A stretch of DNA of 64,000 nucleotides from a virus (IMGVR_UViG_3300020464_000002:1326-65325); one strand, 5' to 3'. Positions 53,339-62,615 are shown, counted from the stretch's first letter. Made by a program: numbers and translations. Notes: generated from the sequence alone by a model not told the origin.

Positions 53339-53901
53339 GCTTACGGATAGAAAATGAGCTGGTGACGAATGGCCAGCGTTTGGCCAATCGCATTATCACC
53401 TTGCGCAGTCAGTCAGTGATCCCTACCTTTGCTTTTAGACGCGTTGTTTTACCAGTCGGTGACAGTACCAACGACCGCGACCGTGATACTTGGTCAGGGC
53501 TTGGCACGGTAAGCAATAGCGATGAGCACGCGATTGATTACAAGCCGTTAGGTCATGCCATGGTTTTAATGCTCGATAGCTTGGGCGGCGCGTTTCATGA
53601 TACTGGCATGTTTGTTTTGCCCGAAGAAATGTCATCGATCGTACTGGTTGAGCCTTACGATATCAAGTTGCAGGGCGATGAGCGCTTAAAAAATATGCCA
53701 AATTGGGAGCCAAAAAAAGGCGATCTTCTTTGTTTTATGCTAAACGGCCATAAGGAGTACCACGAAGTCACAGGCATCATGGCGCAAGCAATGCTTGCCA
53801 GCGCTGGCAAGCGATACGCACTGGCGCAGCGCTTCGATCTTGACTACCTCGATGCGTTTGACGAGAGCGACATAAAGGATGTGGCCACGCCCTATGAGTA
53901 A
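53335..53901 (+). CDS. hypothetical protein
   Basis: ATGA overlap upstream, followed by a terminator. Confidence 0.6.
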   Translation: MSLRIENELVTNGQRLANRIITLRSQSVIPTFAFRRVVLPVGDSTNDRDRDTWSGLGTVSNSDEHAIDYKPLGHAMVLMLDSLGGAFHDTGMFVLPEEMSSIVLVEPYDIKLQGDERLKNMPNWEPKKGDLLCFMLNGHKEYHEVTGIMAQAMLASAGKRYALAQRFDLDYLDAFDESDIKDVATPYE

Positions 53902-53925
53902 AAATCAATATACCAATCACTAAAT

Positions 53926-53949
53926 AAGCCGCCTAATAAGCGGCTTTTT
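53926..53949 (+). terminator. intrinsic terminator
   Basis: AAGCCGC / GCGGCTT stem, then T5. Confidence 0.7.
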
Positions 53950-53955
53950 GCGTTT

Positions 53956-54053
53956 GGAACACCCCTAAAACGCCCATTTGAAACGCTATTAACATTAATC
54001 CTATCAGTTTAGATGTTCTATCACTATCCAACCGACCATATAGGATTAACCCC
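53956..54053 (+). promoter_or_regulatory. late promoter-leader module 8
   Basis: GGAACACCCCTAAAA at 53956; TAACAT at 53990-53995 (offset 34); inverted repeat TTAATCCTAT 53995-54004 / ATAGGATTAA 54040-54049; ATG 54054. Confidence 0.6.
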
Positions 54054-55868
54054 ATGGATAAGAAGCAAGCAGCAGTATTTGACGCAGCAGCACATAAAGA
54101 AGTACAGGCAGTACGCCGCCTGATGCGTTCTTTAGAAAACAAGGGCAATAGCAGCGATCAAGTCGCCGCGTTTGACTCGATGCTGGCAAGCAACCCCCAA
54201 GGCCGTGAGGCAGCAATGAGCGAGCTACCCGAGTCGCTACAGCGTATCTTAAACAGTAAATACATGGCAGAAGACAAGCAAGCCGTTTTTGATGGTTTAG
54301 AAGACGGTATTATTGAATTTAAACGCCGTAATGGTGGTGAAATGCCGTCAGAGTACGCGATTGCCGCCGCATTGACCACAGCCGCCGCGCCGTTTGGTGG
54401 TGCTGAAAAATACGATAGCAACTCAGAGCCTACGTTTGATAGCCTATCACTAGGTCATCATGAAGCGTTGTCAGTCGTGCCAGCCGCAACTCAAGTCATT
54501 ATCGCGTACGGTATCTCTAACTCACTACCACTGCTATCGATGTTACCTAACCCAATGGGTAGCAACGAATTGCCGATCGTTTATGGTACAGCTGTTGCCG
54601 GCTTAGACATGGGCGTTATGCGCCGTGGTGAATTGATGGACGGCGACAAAGCGGGTATGCCATACCTAGAAAACCGTCATACATTGACCATGGAAAAGAC
54701 CGCCGCTGGCACGTTCACGCTAGAATCTCATGTCGCTTATACCGCTGAAAAGCGCGGCGATAAAACTGTTAAATTTACCGTTGATAAAACCTCGTCACTT
54801 GCGCCGTTCTTAGGCGGCCGTGTTGTCGTTATGATCAAGGGCATTGAGATCGCCAACGACAAGCACCGTGATCACCCGACTAAGGGTGGCCGTAGTGTTC
54901 TACAGCCGCTAGATCCAGTTGATATCGGTACAGATACTTATATCGTAACAACCGCTGTGGCTGATCTTGACACGTACACTATCGAAGTGAATTTTGATAC
55001 GACAAACGGCGTTGATCCTGAGCCTGATGACGTGAGCATTGAGCTTATCTTTGACTACGAGCGTAAAGACAGCAACGGCAACAATATTTTGCGTGAACCA
55101 TCGGTAGATATGGAGTTTTTACACCGTTCTATCTATGCAGCCCCTCATCGTTCGCGTTCTACCGCAACAATCGATGCGATCACTCAGCTATCGAATGAGC
55201 TTGGTATCAACTGGTACGGAGCCGCGCAGACAATCGCTATGCAGCGTTACTACTTTGAGCAGACAGGCCGCTTATTGCGCACCGCGTTTAATATGTGTCT
55301 ATCGGATCAAAACCCAAAAACTGGCCGCGTGGTGACGTTTGACTTTAACAAGACTGGTGTGTCACCGACCAACCTAGCGGATGCGTTTTCTAACGTCAAT
55401 ATTACGTTAGGGCTGGCGCGTACTCGCTTGTCTCGCGCTATTAACACAGCGATTGCAGGTTACGATCTGTATGTATCAGATCGCGGCGCGGCGTTCTTCT
55501 CAGGCATGGGCGGCCAAAACTACGAATCAACAGGCGTACCGTTTGGTGATCAGTATTCCGTCTACCGTATTGGCCGTCTTAAAAACAACGGTGCAAACGT
55601 CTATTACGTTCCATCAAGCATGGGCGTATTTGATGAAGAAACGGACACCACCACAGCACACGCATTGTTAGTGCCACGCGCTATCACGCCAGCACAAGCG
55701 CCGTTTGTTGGCTTTACCGCAGTACCGCCAATGGTGCTAACGTCAAATGCCACCGCGTTTGAAAAAGACGTGGCGATCTACAGCCGTATGGCTGGCGAGG
55801 TTAACCCGCTACCTCGTTATCGCAATCAGTGCATGTTGATTGAAATGATCAACTTGCCAGCGCTTTAA
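54054..55868 (+). CDS. major capsid protein candidate
   Basis: Monocistronic unit bracketed by a late promoter and the strongest terminator in the window, the expected arrangement for the most abundant virion protein. No motif-level support. Confidence 0.4.
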   Translation: MDKKQAAVFDAAAHKEVQAVRRLMRSLENKGNSSDQVAAFDSMLASNPQGREAAMSELPESLQRILNSKYMAEDKQAVFDGLEDGIIEFKRRNGGEMPSEYAIAAALTTAAAPFGGAEKYDSNSEPTFDSLSLGHHEALSVVPAATQVIIAYGISNSLPLLSMLPNPMGSNELPIVYGTAVAGLDMGVMRRGELMDGDKAGMPYLENRHTLTMEKTAAGTFTLESHVAYTAEKRGDKTVKFTVDKTSSLAPFLGGRVVVMIKGIEIANDKHRDHPTKGGRSVLQPLDPVDIGTDTYIVTTAVADLDTYTIEVNFDTTNGVDPEPDDVSIELIFDYERKDSNGNNILREPSVDMEFLHRSIYAAPHRSRSTATIDAITQLSNELGINWYGAAQTIAMQRYYFEQTGRLLRTAFNMCLSDQNPKTGRVVTFDFNKTGVSPTNLADAFSNVNITLGLARTRLSRAINTAIAGYDLYVSDRGAAFFSGMGGQNYESTGVPFGDQYSVYRIGRLKNNGANVYYVPSSMGVFDEETDTTTAHALLVPRAITPAQAPFVGFTAVPPMVLTSNATAFEKDVAIYSRMAGEVNPLPRYRNQCMLIEMINLPAL

Positions 55869-55896
55869 TCATCAAGCAAAGGCTTAGCCACTAAAA

Positions 55897-55932
55897 GCCT
55901 TGCTGTCATGAGTGGCAGCAGGGCTTTTTTTA
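55897..55932 (+). terminator. strong intrinsic terminator
   Basis: 12-bp stem AGCCTTGCTGTC / GGCAGCAGGGCT (2 G-U pairs), 6-nt loop, T7. The listed ATG at 55908 lies at the loop/stem boundary. Confidence 0.75.
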
Positions 55933-55967
55933 AATCTATTTTTAACCAATACCCAAGGATTACCGAT

Positions 55968-56663
55968 ATGACAGACGTTAAGCAATTACCTGAAAATCTT
56001 GATCAACTAGAGCAGCTGACAGAGTTCAAACGCGTGTATAAAAAATACACCGCTGATCAGCTGGAAGATCTATTGACCGAAGCTGAGGTGGATTACCTAA
56101 GCGCTGACAACAAGTCAGAGCTAACATGGCGCTTACTGGATCATCAGGGCTTTGATTTTGAAGCCGCGCTTGCCGAAGAAAACAGCGATCAATCAGCACC
56201 GCAAGATGAGCCAGTACCAGCGGATGATAAGAATGATGCCAATGAAGACGTACAGACGGTTCAAGATGATGCTGATAGCGAGCAAGGCGATCAGATCGAT
56301 AGCGAAGCAAACGCCGATCTTGGTTCAGGTGGTGAAAGCACTGACGACAGCGAAAAATCTAGTCAAATGGATAACGTTACCAACGATTATGCGCCGTCAG
56401 ATATTAGTAACGGCAATGACGCTAACGCAAACGAAGTTGAGCAACCAGCAGAAGCGGCAGATCAGCCAGTGAAAGAGAAAGATCATGTGGCCGTTTTTAA
56501 TACTGGTGCGTGGCCTTTTTTCGAGACAGCGACCAGCACGCTAGTTCCCGCTAAGAAGACAACTAAGATCTATCCTACGGCCTCAGTCGATAAAGATCGG
56601 ATTTTGCGTAATGTGGAGCAGTACAACCACACACGCGGTAATAAATTGCGCGTTATTAATTAA
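55968..56663 (+). CDS. acidic protein with N-terminal HeH/Rho-N-like helix pair
   Basis: The ATG at 55968 with an AAGGA SD is preferred to 55908. YTADQLEDLLTEAEVDYLSADNKSELTWRLL is followed by a long D/E-rich tract. Confidence 0.5.
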   Translation: MTDVKQLPENLDQLEQLTEFKRVYKKYTADQLEDLLTEAEVDYLSADNKSELTWRLLDHQGFDFEAALAEENSDQSAPQDEPVPADDKNDANEDVQTVQDDADSEQGDQIDSEANADLGSGGESTDDSEKSSQMDNVTNDYAPSDISNGNDANANEVEQPAEAADQPVKEKDHVAVFNTGAWPFFETATSTLVPAKKTTKIYPTASVDKDRILRNVEQYNHTRGNKLRVIN

Positions 56664-56734
56664 GCGAGTGGTGATTTATTGGCGGCCATGCTGACGTTGT
56701 GGCCGTCTTTTCTACCTAACACAAGGGATTTGCT

Positions 56735-57823
56735 ATGATCAACAGCAAAACACTAGGATCAGCCGCCGGTATTCAATACCAAGGCGTGATCGACAACTCA
56801 GAGGGTACGAATCTACCATCACTGGCTAATGGCGTGGTCATTGGCAAGTTTAAGCGCGGGCGCATGGATAAGCCGTTTAAGGTGACTGCTAGCAACTACA
56901 AGGCATTGCTTGGCCGCGATCCATCTAACCCTAGCTACTTAGCCGTAGAGGACGCCTTTAAGCGCGGCGTTAGCGAGGTTAGTATTTTGCGCATTGGTGG
57001 CACTGGCGGCGCAGCAAAGCCCATCCCAGTTAACACAGGAACCGTTATTTTTAGCGTTGAGAGCTACGAGAACCCATCTAGTGAATATCCAGTATATATT
57101 TATATTGAAAATCCAGTTGGCGACTGGACGCTAACCGAGGCGGGCGAGTTAATCGCTGATTCAACAGGGTTTGCCGCTGACGGCGTGGATTTGGATATCT
57201 ATGACGGCGGCGCTGATATTCTCTTTACGGTTGTTACGCCCGACAAGCGATCTTTTGAGCTTGATGTAACCGCCGAATATGCCGATATTTCTTATGATGG
57301 ACAGCATAACTTTCATAGCCCAAACAGCGATGTGGCTACCTTAGATCCGCTAGGCGAGGTTGTTATCAGTCAATTTTCGTCAAAGATACCTAGTTTTTCA
57401 ACAGCATTTTTCAACACGCTTTTAACCGTGCCTGAACATATACCGCCTGAATTGGTCGATATCAGTTATTTATTTTTCGAAGCCTCGCGTTTTAACCAAA
57501 ACATAAGTATGTGGGATGTAAGTCACGTACTCAATATGAATAGCACTTTTTATAACGCTAAGATTTTTAACCAAGATCTATCTAATTGGTGTACGCCTAA
57601 TCTACCGTTCGGTGGTGTAGATTTTGATACTGGCGCCGATGCGTGGTTATTGCCTAGACCAGTTTGGGGTACTTGTCCACGCAGAGAGGGCGGCGCGACT
57701 GATTATGTTTTTGATCCATTGCTACCAAGCCAGCCGCCGAGCACAGATAGCAGTTATATCCGCATAGCACCAGTAACGCCGATAGACGGCTGGCATGATG
57801 CGTCAAATAACATGACAACATAA
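56735..57823 (+). CDS. sheath-N-terminal-domain paralog A fused to BspA/DUF285-type repeats
   Basis: Residues 1-90 are conserved in 59082 and 60331 and resemble the T4 gp18 N-terminus (GKFKRGRMDKPFKVT..LLGRDP..FKRGVSEVSILRIG). The C-terminus has FNQNISMWDVSHVLNMNSTFYNAKIFNQDLSNW. Confidence 0.5.
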   Translation: MINSKTLGSAAGIQYQGVIDNSEGTNLPSLANGVVIGKFKRGRMDKPFKVTASNYKALLGRDPSNPSYLAVEDAFKRGVSEVSILRIGGTGGAAKPIPVNTGTVIFSVESYENPSSEYPVYIYIENPVGDWTLTEAGELIADSTGFAADGVDLDIYDGGADILFTVVTPDKRSFELDVTAEYADISYDGQHNFHSPNSDVATLDPLGEVVISQFSSKIPSFSTAFFNTLLTVPEHIPPELVDISYLFFEASRFNQNISMWDVSHVLNMNSTFYNAKIFNQDLSNWCTPNLPFGGVDFDTGADAWLLPRPVWGTCPRREGGATDYVFDPLLPSQPPSTDSSYIRIAPVTPIDGWHDASNNMTT

Positions 57824-57832
57824 GGGTGATTC

Positions 57833-58969
57833 ATGACTACTATAGCAGCTTGTTTAAAAGTAAAAATAAACAATCAGGAGGCAAAGCTAAATAGTTTTGT
57901 TGATCTAAATTTTAATAACTTGTCAGACATTAGCACTGAACAGCTAGCGGTCGTTAGATTGCTTAAAAACTATCTTGGTGGGTTTTTTAGATGGTCGCAA
58001 CTATTGCCTGATAGAGAGCTTGGTATCATGGATGGTGTTGGCGGTATGGGTGGCGAGCCAGCAGATAAAAGCGGGTTTTACATAGGCACTATCAATATGC
58101 GCGAATATCCGTTCTCATTCGCCGCTTTCGATGAGCAGCAATTTAGATCAGCGATTAGTGAGGTTGAAGATGTATTGAAACTCTTTAATTTTGACGAGCT
58201 TGTCAATGCCGCCAGCCTTGAGGATTTGCAGCAGTTGATCGATAATGAGATCAATAGTAGCAACCCAAAATATACGGTTACGGCTCACACAGAGCCAGTC
58301 ACCTTGCGTATATTGCGTTGCACACAGAGCGATATTAACTCTATCGCCGTAGACGGTGCGCCGCCTCATGTGGATATGTTCGATTCATTAGTGCAGATGC
58401 TACCGCACCACTCACCAACACTGGACAAGGCCGATTATGCGCCAGCTTATTATGACGCTGGATTTGATCAGATTATTTTTAAATCTAAGTTTGGCTTGCA
58501 TCAAAAGCTGGCGGGTTCTAATGATGACTTTGTTACTAGCGTTACAGTCAGTAAAGACCTGATTAATGACACTGTGACAAATTATCTTTTTTCATATCAG
58601 ATTAACGATAGACCTATTGTTAGAGCTAGTTTTGACGGCAGTAGCTTTATGCCAACCTCGCTTGCGGACTATATCGTATGGCACATGCCTGATGATCATA
58701 TATTCAAGTTTGATTTTGACCGACACCCTAGCGATAACGAGATTTTACAGCCGTTTTGGATCAACAACGAAAGCGATGCTAACGGTAATTATGTTTTCTC
58801 AGGCTTAGACGGTACGGAGAATATACCCAATGTAACGCTATTTGAGCAGCAAAACACTCTTAAATTCTTATTAACGCCTGATGCGACTAATGATAATGAC
58901 TTAGTACGCATACTATTCGGTGGTGATATTGAAATCAGATCGTCTTTTGCCTCAAGTGGATCTCAATAA
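57833..58969 (+). CDS. hypothetical protein, paralog of 59480..60202
   Basis: Shared blocks: AACLKVKINN / AACAKMQVNN, TLRILRC / TLRIMPC, PHVDMFDSLV / PRVDIFNLV. Confidence 0.6.
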   Translation: MTTIAACLKVKINNQEAKLNSFVDLNFNNLSDISTEQLAVVRLLKNYLGGFFRWSQLLPDRELGIMDGVGGMGGEPADKSGFYIGTINMREYPFSFAAFDEQQFRSAISEVEDVLKLFNFDELVNAASLEDLQQLIDNEINSSNPKYTVTAHTEPVTLRILRCTQSDINSIAVDGAPPHVDMFDSLVQMLPHHSPTLDKADYAPAYYDAGFDQIIFKSKFGLHQKLAGSNDDFVTSVTVSKDLINDTVTNYLFSYQINDRPIVRASFDGSSFMPTSLADYIVWHMPDDHIFKFDFDRHPSDNEILQPFWINNESDANGNYVFSGLDGTENIPNVTLFEQQNTLKFLLTPDATNDNDLVRILFGGDIEIRSSFASSGSQ

Positions 58970-59009
58970 TTTTTTTAAAGTTATCGTCAGGCATCCAAGC
59001 CTAGCCTTT

Positions 59010-59081
59010 GGAACACCCTAAAACCCTAACCTCGACAAAGCCTATACTGAGTCATAAACCACTCAGTATAGGCATTTTATT
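59010..59081 (+). promoter_or_regulatory. late promoter-leader module 9
   Basis: GGAACACCCTAAAA at 59010; TATACT at 59043-59048 (offset 33); arms GCCTATACTGAG 59040-59051 / CTCAGTATAGGC 59062-59073; ATTTTATT; ATG 59082. Confidence 0.6.
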
Positions 59082-59429
59082 ATGATCGAGAGTAAAACAC
59101 TAGGTAGCGCCGCTGGCGTGCAGTATCAGGGCGTTATCGACAAGACAGAAACAAACAGCTTGCCGTCATTGGCCAATGGCGTGGTCATTGGCAAGTTTAA
59201 GCGCGGCCGTATGGACAAGCCGTTTAAGGTGACTGCCGTCAATTATCAGGCATTGCTAGGGCGTGATCCGATGAATCCAAGCTACTTAGCAGTAGAGGAT
59301 GCCTTTAGGCGCGGTATTAGCGAGGTGAGCGTATTGCGCGTTGGCCAAACGGGCGGCGCGTCAGTTGTGGAGGTCGAAAAATACAGCTATCTTGATTTAT
59401 CGCTACCCTTGCCGCCAGCCGTCGCTTAA
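59082..59429 (+). CDS. sheath-N-terminal-domain paralog B (short, 115 aa)
   Basis: The first 90 aa are highly similar to the first 90 aa of 56735 and 60331. Only a 25-aa tail follows. Confidence 0.5.
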   Translation: MIESKTLGSAAGVQYQGVIDKTETNSLPSLANGVVIGKFKRGRMDKPFKVTAVNYQALLGRDPMNPSYLAVEDAFRRGISEVSVLRVGQTGGASVVEVEKYSYLDLSLPLPPAVA

Positions 59430-59479
59430 ACCTACCGCAATAATAAACATGAATTTTTAATAAATATAAGGATTTTCTT

Positions 59480-60202
59480 ATGGCTAACGAATGGTTTTAT
59501 GCAGCATGTGCAAAAATGCAGGTTAATAACAGTGAGCCTTTCATACTATCTTTTGAAGATACTGCTTTTAGAGATATGGCTGAACAAATACCCAACGTAG
59601 ATTTTAACGATTTATGTATTTTTGCTTTAATTTCGCCATTTTTCACCCCCAATGTAACAAATATGGATCAAAATTGGTCGGCACGCTTGCCGCGCTTAAA
59701 TTTCACTGCCATTCCTGAAGATATGGTCATGTTAGGCCGGCAGGTTAATAGCCTATCTAACCCTTATCCCGAAAACCGCACTGGTCTTGTTTGTTTTACT
59801 AAAGAATCGTTTAAGGCGCTCATGATGCAAGAGCCGCCCACTACGGACATGACGCCACAGGAGTGGCAAGACTTGGTAATTAGCACACCATTTGATGAGC
59901 TACAATCTCTACTAGAAACGTTTGGATCATCACCTTTCAAGATTAATGGTACGAGATCAACGCTCAGAATAATGCCATGTAGTCGAGAAGAAATAAAGAG
60001 CCTTGATCCGTACGGCGGGCTTGATGCGCCGCGTGTAGATATTTTTAACCTTGTTAAAGAGCGTTTAACCAATACGGTTAAACAGCTTGACGATAAGGGT
60101 TTAGAGCCAGCCAAATACTATGCAGGCGGCAATTATATCGAGTTTGTTGCGGAGTGTTCGATAAGTATTTCTGAGACTATGCCTACTAACCCACAGTTAT
60201 GA
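59480..60202 (+). CDS. hypothetical protein, paralog of 57833..58969
   Basis: See 57833..58969. AAGGA SD. Confidence 0.6.
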   Translation: MANEWFYAACAKMQVNNSEPFILSFEDTAFRDMAEQIPNVDFNDLCIFALISPFFTPNVTNMDQNWSARLPRLNFTAIPEDMVMLGRQVNSLSNPYPENRTGLVCFTKESFKALMMQEPPTTDMTPQEWQDLVISTPFDELQSLLETFGSSPFKINGTRSTLRIMPCSREEIKSLDPYGGLDAPRVDIFNLVKERLTNTVKQLDDKGLEPAKYYAGGNYIEFVAECSISISETMPTNPQL

Positions 60203-60258
60203 TAAGGATTAGCTTGACAGGTGAGTAGCTGGTGTCGAGCGAACCCGATTCAAGCTAT

Positions 60259-60330
60259 GGAACACTGCTAAAGCCACAAGCCAAGCCAAGCCTATACTGA
60301 GCTATTACTACTCAGTATAGGCTTTTTATT
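60259..60330 (+). promoter_or_regulatory. late promoter-leader module 10
   Basis: GGAACACTGCTAAA at 60259; TATACT at 60293-60298 (offset 34); arms at 60290-60301 / 60311-60322; T5ATT; ATG 60331. Confidence 0.6.
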
Positions 60331-61143
60331 ATGATCAACAGCAAAACACTAGGATCGGCCGCCGGTATTCAATACCAAGGCGTTATCGATAAGACAGAAA
60401 CAAACAGCTTACCGTTATTGGCCAATGGTGTGATCATTGGCCGGTTTAAGCGTGGGCGTATGGATAAACCATTTAAAGTGACTGCTAATAACTACCAATC
60501 GTTGCTAGGCCGCGATCCGTCTAATCCTAGCTACTTAGCGGTTGAGGACGCGTTTAAGCGTGGTATCAGCGAGGTTAGTATTTTGCGCGTTGGCGGGCGG
60601 GCAGCTGGCGATGGTTTAGGCGATGGTTTAGGCGATGGAGGATTGGGCGGCGGCAGTGGTTGGAGTGATATTGATTTCGTTGGATCGGTGGGCGGTATGT
60701 CGATTGGGTACGAGATGGGTTATCTTTATATATTTCAATACCAAATTAATGATGAAACGCCGGTTATTGTAGAAGTACCCGCCAACCGGACTGAATTGGT
60801 GGGTACTAACCTTGGGATGCTTGTCGTTGACTTCACCCCCAATGTTTTTAAAGATTCAGCAAGCGGTGATCCGTATGAGTATTGGATGGAATGGGAGGTT
60901 CAAGAAAACTCTAATTGGATTACTCTAAAAGGTCTAAGATCCGGATATACCGCGCCGCAAATGGATTCAATGCTGGAAAATAATATACTTAGAATAACAG
61001 AGGTTTCGGAAGAGGAGCGCTACTCTATATCCATTAACAATCCTAATCTAACAACCTATGATATAGGGCTAAATAATAACACTGCTGAAATGGGTGTGAG
61101 GTCAGAAATTAGGGTTGTAGCGCCGGATCTAGGTGCTGTGTAA
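60331..61143 (+). CDS. sheath-N-terminal-domain paralog C with GDGL-repeat linker and distinct C-domain
   Basis: Conserved N-terminal 88 aa, then GDGLGDGLGDGGLGGG (12-bp DNA repeat). YIFQYQINDETPVIV resembles YLFSYQINDRPIV of 57833. Confidence 0.5.
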   Translation: MINSKTLGSAAGIQYQGVIDKTETNSLPLLANGVIIGRFKRGRMDKPFKVTANNYQSLLGRDPSNPSYLAVEDAFKRGISEVSILRVGGRAAGDGLGDGLGDGGLGGGSGWSDIDFVGSVGGMSIGYEMGYLYIFQYQINDETPVIVEVPANRTELVGTNLGMLVVDFTPNVFKDSASGDPYEYWMEWEVQENSNWITLKGLRSGYTAPQMDSMLENNILRITEVSEEERYSISINNPNLTTYDIGLNNNTAEMGVRSEIRVVAPDLGAV

Positions 61144-61153
61144 ATAAGGCATT

Positions 61154-61226
61154 GGAACACCCCTAAAGGCCTAAAGCAAACCTTGCCTATACTGAGTTGA
61201 TACCAACACAGTATAGGCATTTTATT
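61154..61226 (+). promoter_or_regulatory. late promoter-leader module 11
   Basis: GGAACACCCCTAAA at 61154; TATACT at 61188-61193 (offset 34); arms GCCTATACTGAG 61185-61196 / CACAGTATAGGC 61207-61218 (1 mismatch); ATG 61227. Confidence 0.6.
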
Positions 61227-62615
61227 ATGAGCGCTCAGATCCTTTATTTAAGTATTCTAGCGTCTTCCATGGCACTGACGGAATCGCCCGATCCCGCAGC
61301 GCTGGCAAGCGTAGAGCTTGTCACGGAATACGCTTTTGATTCAAACGTTGTGGCAAAAGTCATGGTGGTTGATCAAAAAACCTTTACCACTGCCGCCGAC
61401 CCCTTAAACAACCTTGTTTTTAAGATCAGCTTTAACGACAAGATCGATGGCAGTACGCTAACAGAATTACAAGGCCGTTTATACACTGGCGGCGGCGTTG
61501 AGGCGCTAGAAGAAAACCATGCCGATGACTTTAGTTACGTCACAGGTAAGCTAGACTTTCACGGCGCATTAGATAGCCAGTATGACTTTTTCGAGTCCGT
61601 CACGACCAGTTATAGCGCAAGCAGTGCAGCAGCGATCAAAACAGCGCTTGAAACCGTGGGCGCATTAAACGAGCTTGGCGCTTATCGCACCAAACAAGTT
61701 GAATTGGCCGTACCAGCTAGCACCGTAACCGACCTGACACCAAAAGAGCTTAAAAACGCGTTGTTAGACATGCGCGATCGTCCACGCTACCTAGTCACTT
61801 GTGACGTGGCCAGCTTACCCCATATTGAAGCGCTGGCAGAGGTGATGGGTAAGATCAACTGTCACGTATTGCTTGATATTGGCAATATCACCGACTGGCA
61901 ATCAGCCGTAGCGTTAACTGAGACATTGAGCATTAACGATCACCGTTTTTGGGTGTTTTGGAACCCTAATAAGTCACGTCCAAGCAATGCAACAACCGTG
62001 CTGGCGCGTAAAAAATGGCGACCGTGTGTTGGTGATTACCTCGCTCAATTATTGTTGCGCAACGCGGCCACCAATGCCGCTGGCATCCCGCCAATCTATC
62101 GACCAATCGCAGGTTACGACTTCCCAGTGGCGTTCCGCGATATGGAAAAAATAGGCGGTTTAACGCTGGATGAAGAAGCACAAAACGCGCTTGCCAGTGC
62201 TGGCGTGAACGTGGTTATTAATGAGCGTTTTGAGGGCGGCGATCGCTGGATCTATGGCGATGCGTTGACCCAGTATGACAGCAAGACCAGCGCCTTGCGC
62301 CTGATCAACTCATCCGAGATTGAGACTTATACCGCCAATGTTGTGATCGGCATTGCTAAAAAGCACTTGCTAAAAGGTATGAGTAGTTATGTCAAAGATG
62401 CGACCAATGAGTGTGAGCGCTTTTTGGATTCATGCGTTGTTGATGATAGTGGTAAGGGCTTGTTGGTGCAGTCGTCAGAGCTTGGCGGTCGTTATTATGC
62501 GCTAAGTATTACGCCACGCGCTGACGATCCATTCAGTAAAGTAGATATCAAGTTTAGCCGCCGTCCGCAAGGTTGTGCACGCCAAGCATTTTTAGAAACC
62601 ACAGTAACGAAGTAA
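61227..62615 (+). CDS. tail sheath core protein (gp18-like middle and C-terminal domains, N-terminal segment absent)
   Basis: KKWRPCVGDYLAQ..PIAGYDFPV..LASAGVNVVINERFEGGDRWIYGDALTQ..LRLINSSEIE aligns by eye with T4 gp18 NRWVPLAADIAG..SPAGYNRG..AINPVTGTGGDGYVLYGDKTAT..DRINVRRLFN. The ATG at 61227 is chosen because 61197 lies in the leader hairpin. Confidence 0.6.
   Translation: MSAQILYLSILASSMALTESPDPAALASVELVTEYAFDSNVVAKVMVVDQKTFTTAADPLNNLVFKISFNDKIDGSTLTELQGRLYTGGGVEALEENHADDFSYVTGKLDFHGALDSQYDFFESVTTSYSASSAAAIKTALETVGALNELGAYRTKQVELAVPASTVTDLTPKELKNALLDMRDRPRYLVTCDVASLPHIEALAEVMGKINCHVLLDIGNITDWQSAVALTETLSINDHRFWVFWNPNKSRPSNATTVLARKKWRPCVGDYLAQLLLRNAATNAAGIPPIYRPIAGYDFPVAFRDMEKIGGLTLDEEAQNALASAGVNVVINERFEGGDRWIYGDALTQYDSKTSALRLINSSEIETYTANVVIGIAKKHLLKGMSSYVKDATNECERFLDSCVVDDSGKGLLVQSSELGGRYYALSITPRADDPFSKVDIKFSRRPQGCARQAFLETTVTK

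Noticed and set aside
60608-60650. Short tandem repeats (12-bp GDGL repeat at about 60608-60650; (GGC)5 at about 51016-51030) as phase-variation tracts.
   Set aside because: The unit lengths are multiples of three, so slippage would only change linker length and would not switch expression.
56735-61143. DGR or invertase-driven switching of the three paralogous cassettes.
   Set aside because: No reverse transcriptase (YxDD) or serine/tyrosine invertase gene is present in the window apart from the att integrase. There is no template/variable repeat pair with adenine-specific differences, and the repeats are direct rather than inverted.
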